From: Promethearchaeota archaeon
GTDB lineage: Archaea; Asgardarchaeota; Lokiarchaeia; Sigyniarchaeales; SOKP01
Assembly (NCBI GenBank): GCA_048941015.1
Contig: JBHLNZ010000009.1
Coordinates: forward strand, 16,169 to 80,168
Length of the DNA: 64,000 nt
Direction of reading: 5' to 3'
In this document: positions 53,505 to 61,989 of the stretch, in pieces
Position numbering within the stretch: the first letter of the stretch is position 1
Layout: every line of letters begins with the position of its first letter
Made by a program: the position numbers and the translations under genes
Notes under the pieces: model-generated
The model's database searches: none
Told to the model about the DNA's origin: nothing
What the model saw: only the letters and a program-made list of their open reading frames with translations

Positions 53505-55214
53505 TTAAGTAACATTCTTTTTTAAAAAAAATAGTATAAAAATAGAGGGGATAATCCCAACTAGTAGAAAAATAAATCCAGAAATATAAAAAATATCTAA
53601 AATCATACCATAATTAATATCAATTAAAGTTCCTATCAAGATAAATGATATTCCTCCATGAATTATTGTCTTTGAATTTATTCTAAAAAATCTCTGGATT
53701 CCCATTTTAAGATTATTTCTCTTTATTAGTTTAAAGAGTGAAGCAAATAGAGCATAATAATATATAGACATAAAAGGATTAATCCAAATGTCAATCAAAA
53801 CTACTAATACTAATGATACAATCAATTGAATTAAAAATGTAATAACCATTGTAAGAGTTATCCATTTCACTTTAAAAATATCTTGCAAGGAACAAAAAAT
53901 AAGTGATACTGCTAATATAATAGCTAAAATAAAGGTGCTAATTATAAAAAAGTTCGGACCAACCAAAATTGTATTAATATTTATGAAATTTGAGATGAGA
54001 TTCGTTAACGGTGGAATTATAAGCCCAAAAGTGCACACAAATGATAAACAAAATAAAATAAGATAACTTAAGTAATCAAAAAAGTTCCTAATTTTATGAT
54101 ATTCTTCTAAAAGATAATTTAAAACTTCATAAATTACATACATAGCTAATATCAATAAACTAATACCAATTACTACAACCCATAAAGCTAATCCTGCGTC
54201 CCCAGTAAATGCATGAAGAGAGCTTAATCCTCCTCCTCTAGTTATAAGAGTAGCAAACATTATTGAAAAGAAAATTAAGATTGCATTTACTTTTAAAATT
54301 TTGGCATTTTTCACTTTGAATATATTGGAATGAAAATAAGCAGTACAAAAAAACCAAGGAATGAGAGAGACTACTTCAACCGGATCCCAACCCCAATACC
54401 TACCCCAACTTGAAGTAATTTTTGCCCAATAAGCCCCTAAACTAATGCTTAAGGTAATAACTAACCATCCAAATTTTAAACTAAAATTATAAAATGATTT
54501 CTGATAAGGATTTTTTAAAGATAATTTTGGCTTTATAGTTTCTACAATATTTATAGTAAATGGGATTAAAAAGATGGCATATGCAATAAAAGTAAAGAAG
54601 GGATGCCAAATCATAAAAGGAGATATTAAGATTGGATTCAGACCACGACCATCTGGATATATTATAGGTTCTTCAACTTTAAAAGGATTTAATGAAAACA
54701 AAATTACTAAGAAACTTATCGAGATTAGCATGGAAATTACGCTTGACCAGATAAAAACAGAGTCTTCTTTATCTTGGTTTTTAATCCGATAAAAAAAAAT
54801 AACTATTGAATTAAATACCATCCAAGTCATTATTGAACCTGCTTCTCCTGCCCATATTGCTACAATTTTATAAATAAGTGATAAATTTGATTCACTATAA
54901 CTCCATACATATACAAGATTATAATAGTCATTCACAAAACCATATTCTAAAAGTAAAAATATTGAAATTGATAGAGCCATGTTGAGTGATGCTAAATAAA
55001 AATAATTCTCTCTTTTTAAAATTAAATAGATTAAATCAATAATCACAGTTATAATATTCAAAAAAATTAATATATTTGCGAGATTGGATATTATTTTAAT
55101 TTTTAAATCTAAATTTACTAGATTCAATAAATTAGGAATAATTACAGCGATTGTTATAATTATTATTAAATCAGATATTATAACTGTTTTTAAAGAATTT
55201 TTATTAAATCTCAT
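53505..55214 (-). CDS. ccmF: Cytochrome c synthetase CcmF (compact form)
   Basis: WAGEAGS, GLNPIL..IWHP, GAYWA..WGRYWGWDPVE, AYFH, SLHAF, IIHGG. Confidence 0.93.
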   Translation of the reverse strand: MRFNKNSLKTVIISDLIIIITIAVIIPNLLNLVNLDLKIKIISNLANILIFLNIITVIIDLIYLILKRENYFYLASLNMALSISIFLLLEYGFVNDYYNLVYVWSYSESNLSLIYKIVAIWAGEAGSIMTWMVFNSIVIFFYRIKNQDKEDSVFIWSSVISMLISISFLVILFSLNPFKVEEPIIYPDGRGLNPILISPFMIWHPFFTFIAYAIFLIPFTINIVETIKPKLSLKNPYQKSFYNFSLKFGWLVITLSISLGAYWAKITSSWGRYWGWDPVEVVSLIPWFFCTAYFHSNIFKVKNAKILKVNAILIFFSIMFATLITRGGGLSSLHAFTGDAGLALWVVVIGISLLILAMYVIYEVLNYLLEEYHKIRNFFDYLSYLILFCLSFVCTFGLIIPPLTNLISNFININTILVGPNFFIISTFILAIILAVSLIFCSLQDIFKVKWITLTMVITFLIQLIVSLVLVVLIDIWINPFMSIYYYALFASLFKLIKRNNLKMGIQRFFRINSKTIIHGGISFILIGTLIDINYGMILDIFYISGFIFLLVGIIPSIFILFFLKKNVT

Positions 55215-55375
55215 TAAAAAATCTAAATTTCAAAAATTAAAAAATATTTTTAAAAAATTATTGGAAATAATATTTAATAAGAGAAGAATAAAAGTAATTA
55301 GGTGCCATTTTTACATTAAAATTTTAAATTCATTAATAATTATTAAATGCAAATTTTATTAATTTTGACAAATGA

Positions 55376-55390
55376 GTTTATAATTAAAAC
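55376..55390. promoter_or_regulatory. GTTT-N7-AAAC box
   Basis: GTTTATAATTAAAAC between divergent ccmF and the gene at 55409. Confidence 0.45.
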
Positions 55391-55408
55391 TATTCAACCC
55401 TTTCAATA

Positions 55409-56275
55409 ATGTTAAATAAAAAAGTCATTCTAATAATTTCTACTTTTGTAGGCGTCATATTTGTCTCTATTCTTTTAAATGCAAATGCTTACCCTAGCTA
55501 TACTCAACCTCATGAAGATTGTCATACAGTTCCAGGAGGTTATTCAATTGGAACTAATATAAGTACATCAAATTCTATCAATGCTTCAGCTGTTATAACT
55601 TTTAATATTACAGCTACTGGTTCAAGCTTGTTTATTCAAGCACCTTCAGATGCTAAAGAAAATAATCAATTTACCATTTTACCCACCACTACTAGAATAT
55701 TAGATAATTCTGGTAATGATTTAAATCCAAATCTAAATGCAATGACAGTTACTTTTAATATAACAGCCCCATCCGAAGATGGATATTATACTATTCTCAT
55801 TTTAGCTGGAGATAATTCTGTCTCTGGTAGTCCACCTCCTTTCGATTACCTAGAGATCGCGTTTAGTATCGGGGGTGTTCTTCCACCGGGCCCAAGAATA
55901 GAAATATTTAATCACTTTGAAATCTATATAGGATTAACGGCCTTATTACTACTATCTATAGGAACAGTTTTAGTATTGATAAATGAAAATAAATTTGTAA
56001 AAATACACGGTATTTTTGCTGGATCTTCATGGATTTTAACACTTATTAATGTTATATCGTTGGTGATTTTTAATCCGTCAATTTGGAGCTCTTTCTCTTT
56101 TGGAATACACTGGTCTCATATCATCTTAGGAGGTGTAGGGTTGCTTACAGGCTTGTTCAGTATGCTTTTTGGAATCGCAGCAGAACGAAAATATGCAAAA
56201 TTAACTGGATATATTACTTTAATTTGTTGGTGGGCTGCTTTCTTTTCAGGTTTTTTAATGGTTCCATTATTTTAA
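55409..56275 (+). CDS. Exported HxxCH domain fused to a 4-TM cytochrome b561-like domain
   Basis: ..ANA|YPS, PHEDCH, FNITAP; TM histidines NHF, KIHG and IHWSHIILG. Confidence 0.72.
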   Translation: MLNKKVILIISTFVGVIFVSILLNANAYPSYTQPHEDCHTVPGGYSIGTNISTSNSINASAVITFNITATGSSLFIQAPSDAKENNQFTILPTTTRILDNSGNDLNPNLNAMTVTFNITAPSEDGYYTILILAGDNSVSGSPPPFDYLEIAFSIGGVLPPGPRIEIFNHFEIYIGLTALLLLSIGTVLVLINENKFVKIHGIFAGSSWILTLINVISLVIFNPSIWSSFSFGIHWSHIILGGVGLLTGLFSMLFGIAAERKYAKLTGYITLICWWAAFFSGFLMVPLF

Positions 56276-56282
56276 AAATTGG

Positions 56283-57800
56283 GTGAAAACTAAAATGAAT
56301 AATTCTAATGCTAAAGAATTAAATACTGAATCTAACAAAGTAGATTCACAAGATATAAAGGAAATAAAAGATAAACGAAATTTTGAAGAGGTTGTGAAAG
56401 AATTTATCTCTCCCTATCACGTTAGTTCCAATCCATATGAACTTGAATCTGCATCCGCCGATCTCACATCACTCCCTTCATACCATTATAAATTTAAAAA
56501 AAATTATCTTGCTAACTTATTAATCCGCCCCGCAGATACAAATAGCCTTTCTATGTTAATAAAAAAATGTAAAGAACGAAAAATCCCGGTAACAATAAGA
56601 GCTGCTGGTACTTCATGCTTCTCCTCAGCCACTCCATCAAAAGGTGGAGTAATCATAGATACGCGCAGATTAAATAAAATATTTAATATTGATAAAGAAA
56701 ATATGACAGCAAAAGTAGGAGTTGGCATTTCTTGGTTAAATTTAATTGAAAAACTTTCTGATTATGGTCTTGCGCCCAAATGCTATCCTACAAGCTTTAA
56801 AACATCTTGTGTTGGTGGTTTTATAGCCACTCCAGGAACTGCTGGTATAGGTGTATTAAAAAATGGATCAATGAAAGATTCGATTCTCAATTTAAAGCTA
56901 GTCCTCCCTGATGGAGAAATAACGAACATTTCGAAAGATTCTAAAGGAGAATTATCCCTCGAAGACATTGTTGGAACTTATGGAATATACGGTGCTATAT
57001 CTGAGGTTGATTTATCTATTACAACGCTAAAAACTTCTTTGGAGATAATTGGTTATGGTTTTAACTCTAACCATGAAGCTATAGAATTTTATCGAAAATT
57101 AAAAAATTCTCTTCCCAATAAACCATTCTTTATATCAATTTCAGAACGAAAATTTGAAACCTATTCACATATTAATTTTCCTGATCAAGATTGGCTAGTT
57201 TGGGCGGTTTTTTATGATGATCCAAAAACAACATCCCAAAATGTATCTACATCAGAAAAATTTGCTTTAGAATTAAACGGAAAAACTGTCGATAAATTAT
57301 ATTTAAAAGAAAAATGGCGTGATATCAGTGATGCTGAAATAGCTATTGGAAGATCAAGTAGAAATCTAATCTTTCAAGAATATTGGATTTCTGATGAGAG
57401 ACTTGAGATATTTATTGAAAAATATCTTAAGAAAAGTCAAAAATATAAATTTCCAACTGCATTATATGCAATTTCGGGGATTCCGGGTTGGACTAGAGTC
57501 AAAGTCTTTGGTTTATCTGATATCGTTAAAACTATTGAATTTTTCACAGTTAAGGCGTTTTTGCATGATCTTTCAGTACAAGCATTCGCACAAGGGGATA
57601 GAGTCTATACCATAGGAATTGTAAATACATTTTATTTGCTTAAATATAGACCAGAATTAGTATCTAAAAGCAAAATATTAAAAAAACAACTAGATCCAGA
57701 GGATTTATTTAATTCTTATCGTATAGTTAAATCTAGGTTAAAATTCTGGAGGATATCGTTACTATTTAACACAGCTAAATTATTATATAAAATTTTTTGA
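56283..57800 (+). CDS. FAD-binding oxidoreductase (VAO/GlcD-like)
   Basis: IPVTIRAAGTS, CVGGFIAT, LVLPDGE, GTYGIYGAI, LDPEDLFN. Confidence 0.85.
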   Translation: MKTKMNNSNAKELNTESNKVDSQDIKEIKDKRNFEEVVKEFISPYHVSSNPYELESASADLTSLPSYHYKFKKNYLANLLIRPADTNSLSMLIKKCKERKIPVTIRAAGTSCFSSATPSKGGVIIDTRRLNKIFNIDKENMTAKVGVGISWLNLIEKLSDYGLAPKCYPTSFKTSCVGGFIATPGTAGIGVLKNGSMKDSILNLKLVLPDGEITNISKDSKGELSLEDIVGTYGIYGAISEVDLSITTLKTSLEIIGYGFNSNHEAIEFYRKLKNSLPNKPFFISISERKFETYSHINFPDQDWLVWAVFYDDPKTTSQNVSTSEKFALELNGKTVDKLYLKEKWRDISDAEIAIGRSSRNLIFQEYWISDERLEIFIEKYLKKSQKYKFPTALYAISGIPGWTRVKVFGLSDIVKTIEFFTVKAFLHDLSVQAFAQGDRVYTIGIVNTFYLLKYRPELVSKSKILKKQLDPEDLFNSYRIVKSRLKFWRISLLFNTAKLLYKIF

Positions 57801-57934
57801 TAAAATGTTCGAAAGGTGATTAGCATAATTTTTATCAACAAAAATTCTATTCAAATAAATTATAACAATTACATTTAATTTTTATTAATTATATTTTTAA
57901 TTTGGGACAATTTAAAACTAAGAGAAAGATTTAA

Positions 57935-59299
57935 ATGAGTGAAAGTAAAGAAGAACAAGATTTAAGAGATGTAGTTACAACAGGTCCTCCTGTTGCAGGT
58001 TTAGTTTCTCCCTCAAAAGAAAATTTAATAGAACCTAAAAGTAAAAAAAAAGAGAAATACTCCTATGAACGTTGCACACATTGTGGTTATTGCCGACATG
58101 TATGTAAGGTTTATAATACTTCATGGTCGGAAACTGATTATGCTGGTGGGCGAAATAGGATCATTAAAGCACTTGATAGTCATGATATTAAATTTGACAA
58201 TGAAAAAATAATACCTTCTGTATTTCGGTGTATGCTTTGCGGTAACTGTAGAGTGGTTTGTCCTGTAGGAATAGATACTTTAGAAGTTTTTCAAAATTTT
58301 CGTAAAGAAGTTGTAAAAAAAGGAGCAATACCTGCCAAGTTAAAAGTTCTAAAAAATTCAATTATCGAGAATAATAATCCCTTTTTAGAAAAACACATAG
58401 ATAGATTTAATTGGTGTAATGCTTGTGAAGAAGGAAAAGAAGCATACGAGCGAACAAAACGAGATCTTGAATCAATAAAGGCAGAAGTTGATCTAAAAGT
58501 TCCTAAACGTATACCTGGTAAAGTTGGTTATTTTGTTGGATGCACTTCTTCATACAGAAATAAAGAGTTAGTAACTGCTACTAGCCAAGTTTTAGCAAAA
58601 CTTGGAGTTAAATTTGTACTTTTTCCTGAGGAACGATGCTGTGGGTCAGTATTATTTAGAACCGGGTTAGAAGATGAGGCTATGGAATTAGTAAAGCATA
58701 ATTATAAAACAATTCTAGAGAGTGGTGTGTCTGAAGTTGTATTTTCTTGTTCAGGATGCTTTTCCACGTTTAATCTCGAATATACTAAGTATGCAGGACA
58801 TAAACTTGAATTTGATCTTTATCATTTAACACAATATGTATTAAAGACTGTTAAGGAAAAAAATTTAAAGATCCGATATACACAACGAACAAAAGAAGAT
58901 CCTTTACTTATTACTTATCACGATCCTTGCCATCTGGGAAGATACTGTGGAGTTTATGAAGAACCAAGAGAACTATTAAATATGATTGAAGGTATCAAAT
59001 TATTTGAGATGAAGCATAACAGAGATATGTCATGGTGTTGTGGTGCCGGGGGTGGAGTAAAAGCCTTATACGGTGAGATTGCAGGTGAGATAGGCAGAGA
59101 TAGATTGATTGAAACACGTACTTGTATGGTAAGAATACGCGAAGACCGTTTAAAAGAAGCATTAGAAACTAACGCTGAAGTTCTTGTTAGTTCTTGTGTT
59201 TTTTGTAAAAATAATTTATTTGAAGTTGCGACTGAAGACAACTCACCTATAAAAGTTATGGATATCTCACAACTTCTTAACGATTGTGAATTCTATTAA
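57935..59299 (+). CDS. HdrD/GlcF-like Fe-S oxidoreductase (two 4Fe-4S motifs and two CCG domains)
   Basis: CTHCGYCRHVC, CMLCGNCRVVCP, YFVGC, CCG, YHDPCHLGR, CCGAGGG. Confidence 0.92.
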   Translation: MSESKEEQDLRDVVTTGPPVAGLVSPSKENLIEPKSKKKEKYSYERCTHCGYCRHVCKVYNTSWSETDYAGGRNRIIKALDSHDIKFDNEKIIPSVFRCMLCGNCRVVCPVGIDTLEVFQNFRKEVVKKGAIPAKLKVLKNSIIENNNPFLEKHIDRFNWCNACEEGKEAYERTKRDLESIKAEVDLKVPKRIPGKVGYFVGCTSSYRNKELVTATSQVLAKLGVKFVLFPEERCCGSVLFRTGLEDEAMELVKHNYKTILESGVSEVVFSCSGCFSTFNLEYTKYAGHKLEFDLYHLTQYVLKTVKEKNLKIRYTQRTKEDPLLITYHDPCHLGRYCGVYEEPRELLNMIEGIKLFEMKHNRDMSWCCGAGGGVKALYGEIAGEIGRDRLIETRTCMVRIREDRLKEALETNAEVLVSSCVFCKNNLFEVATEDNSPIKVMDISQLLNDCEFY

Positions 59300-59307
59300 A
59301 AAGTAAA

Positions 59308-61362
59308 TTAAATCCCAATTAATTTGGGAAGAACTTTCATCTTATTATTATTTAATAATAACTTTTTTAAAGATGAGAGATTTTCAATAGATTTAGGCAA
59401 ATATATTAATTCATTACTATTTAACCATAATTCTTCAAGAGAGTTTAAAAAACAAATTGAGTCTGGAAGAGCTTTAAGCTTATTTTCATCTAAATTCAAT
59501 ATTTTTAGCTTTTGAAGTGATCCTATTGAATGGGGAAGTTTGGTTAATCTATTGTTATTTAACCTTAAAATTTTTAAAGATATTAAATTTCCAATTAAAT
59601 TTGGTAAGAATGATATAAAATTCCAAGTTAAATCTAAAGTTTCGAGAGAAGAAAGAAGCGTTATTGCATCAGGGATTTCTTTTAATTTGTTGTTCATTAA
59701 ATAAATATGTCTAATTGACTTTAAAGAACCAATAGAAATGGGTAATGATAATAATTTATTCCAACCTAATCTTAAAATTTCTAATGATTTAAGGGTACCA
59801 AGTGACTCTGATATAGTGGTTAATTGATTTTCTTCTAAATTTAACGATTTTAATGAAGTTAGTAAGTTTAAAGTAGAAGGAAGTCTAGTTAATAAATTTT
59901 TATTAAGATCCAGTGTTTCAAGGGACCTAAGTAAACCAATAGATTCAGGTAAAACACCTAATTTGTTTGAACTTAAAACTAAATCTTTTAAGTGTTCTAT
60001 ATAACCAATCGAATCTGGAATTTTATTCAATAGATTTCCCTTTAAACTTAAAAATTCTAAAGAAGAAAGATATCCTAATGAGTTAGGTATTTTAGATATC
60101 TTATTATCATTTAAACTCAAATGCTTTAATCTATAAAAAGCTCCTATTGAAAAAGGTAATTTATTCAGGCGATTCTTGTTTAAATTTAAAATCTTTAAAG
60201 AAGTTAAAGATCCTATGTTTTTAGGTAAAGATTCTATATTATTTCCTTCTAAGTTAAGGATCTCAAGATATTTAAATGAACATAGATAGTCTGGCAAGAT
60301 ATAAATTTTACAATTTTTCAAAATTAAAGTACGTATTGAACTAAAGTATTGAAATACTTCTGGTATAGAAACTAAATCCCAATTGTTAAGTTCAATATGA
60401 GAAATCTCTCCAAACTCAACTTTATAATCGATCGGTATATTTTTCTTTTTTAAAAACAAAATACTTAGGTAATTTCTTAAGATATTTGCTAACTTAGAAA
60501 TAGAAAGATTATCTAATGATTTACAAGTAGTTAGTAATCTATTGATTGAATTATCGAATTTTTCATCTTTTAATTTATTTAATTGGGTTATTATTGAATC
60601 TTTGGCAATCTCATTATTAAGATATTCCATTGCAGATATTAACGCTATTGAAAATTTAAACGATAATTCACATTTGAGAGTCCATTCTAATGGAAAGAAT
60701 CTAATATTCCTCAAATGTTTCAAATTTTTTACTCCAAAAATATCCGTATAATCTTGAAGATATTCCCGAACTTTCCAATAAGTTATCTTAACATTAACTT
60801 TTGAAAAATCTAGTTCGATTACTAAACCATCTTTCAATTGGTATTCAAGATCTTTAATTTTCTTTTTTAAAGATAAGATTGTTATATAATTAATTAAAAT
60901 CTCAGTTAAATTTTGAATAGGATAATTAAAACAGTAATTATCTAAACTTTTCTTGAATTTATCTAATTCCATTTTTTTGATTTCTTCCATCAGTGTTGAA
61001 TTCACTCGTTCATCTGTTAAAGTTCTTAATGAATTTATTAAGATTAAAAGACAATTATATGAGGTTTCATGTTGCAATGCCCATAAAAAAGGAGTAATTG
61101 CTTTATCAAGAAATTTCTTTTTTATAACATTAGCAGCAGCATATCTTAAATTTTCACTAGGATCAGAAATTAGAATACTTTCAAGTAAAGGATAAAATTT
61201 CTCATCTTTTATATTAATTTTATCTAAAGTTTCTATACATTCTTGTATAATAATATCGTCATCAATTTGTTCAATCAAAAGAACTAATAAATCTAAAGCG
61301 TCTGATTTATTTAACTTCTGACTTAGAAAATCATTATAAATACTTTTTGGAGATATTACCAT
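59308..61362 (-). CDS. Leucine-rich repeat protein with N-terminal HEAT-like region
   Basis: Many 23-aa L.L..N.L..LP.SIG.L..L repeats. Confidence 0.93.
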   Translation of the reverse strand: MVISPKSIYNDFLSQKLNKSDALDLLVLLIEQIDDDIIIQECIETLDKINIKDEKFYPLLESILISDPSENLRYAAANVIKKKFLDKAITPFLWALQHETSYNCLLILINSLRTLTDERVNSTLMEEIKKMELDKFKKSLDNYCFNYPIQNLTEILINYITILSLKKKIKDLEYQLKDGLVIELDFSKVNVKITYWKVREYLQDYTDIFGVKNLKHLRNIRFFPLEWTLKCELSFKFSIALISAMEYLNNEIAKDSIITQLNKLKDEKFDNSINRLLTTCKSLDNLSISKLANILRNYLSILFLKKKNIPIDYKVEFGEISHIELNNWDLVSIPEVFQYFSSIRTLILKNCKIYILPDYLCSFKYLEILNLEGNNIESLPKNIGSLTSLKILNLNKNRLNKLPFSIGAFYRLKHLSLNDNKISKIPNSLGYLSSLEFLSLKGNLLNKIPDSIGYIEHLKDLVLSSNKLGVLPESIGLLRSLETLDLNKNLLTRLPSTLNLLTSLKSLNLEENQLTTISESLGTLKSLEILRLGWNKLLSLPISIGSLKSIRHIYLMNNKLKEIPDAITLLSSLETLDLTWNFISFLPNLIGNLISLKILRLNNNRLTKLPHSIGSLQKLKILNLDENKLKALPDSICFLNSLEELWLNSNELIYLPKSIENLSSLKKLLLNNNKMKVLPKLIGI

Positions 61363-61434
61363 CTTAAAACTCAGATTTATAAAAATTTTTAATATATAAT
61401 GAAGTAATAAGAAAAATTAATTTTTAGTTTAGTT

Positions 61435-61659
61435 TTACTGCATTTCAACGCTTAACAAATTTGCGTAAATTTCGTTACCCTTTTTATCATTAATCGAAAA
61501 TTTTAATTGAGGACTACCTTTTAGAAGTAAATCAAAGTAGAATCCTAATTTTTCTTTTGATTTTACATTAAAATTTGGTATTATCTTTAGAATATCAGAT
61601 GGGTTTTCAAATTCTTCAACTTTAGCTTCTGCTACTTCTAGATCAAGCATATATTTCAC
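61435..61659 (-). CDS. Small hypothetical protein
   Basis: AAGGA upstream, plausible composition, TATA and box triplet upstream. Confidence 0.55.
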   Translation of the reverse strand: MKYMLDLEVAEAKVEEFENPSDILKIIPNFNVKSKEKLGFYFDLLLKGSPQLKFSINDKKGNEIYANLLSVEMQ

Positions 61660-61737
61660 ATCCTTATTTTTTAATTTCTATTAATTTAATTAACCTAAAA
61701 ATAAAATAGAAAGACATAAATATAAATCTTTCCCCTA

Positions 61738-61814
61738 CTGGTTAATTTAAACAATTGAATCAGTTTTAGTTTCAATATAATACTAAAAACACTTTTTTTG
61801 TTACAATTTAGAAC
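61738..61814. promoter_or_regulatory. Degenerate GTTT-N7-AAAC triplet (61738, 61769, 61800)
   Basis: GTTTCAATATAATAC and GTTACAATTTAGAAC; 31/31-bp spacing; flanks resemble 53363-53408. Confidence 0.45.
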
Positions 61815-61989
61815 ATAAATTTGGAAAATATGATCGTAATCAAAAATATTTTATCCAATTCTTGATCGAATCCCAACATAAATTCATTTTTTGTGATTGA
61901 TTCCAAATATTTTTATAAAAATACTGAATAAATTAGGCAATATAACAATTAAAAATATAATTCAAAAATAAACTGAAAAAGTAAAGAAT

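Noticed and set aside
807-61195. Short ORF-track entries antisense to or nested in longer genes (e.g. 807, 4915, 6210, 8200, 13975, 25565, 28935, 37487, 41031, 47131, 51696, 54574, 55084, 58954, 60953)
   Set aside because: Shadow frames of well-supported genes with no motifs of their own.
59308-61362. LRR protein as part of the heme system or as an immune receptor
   Set aside because: It is convergent to the operon, has no recognisable NTPase, TIR or Roc domain, and such proteins are common in this lineage.
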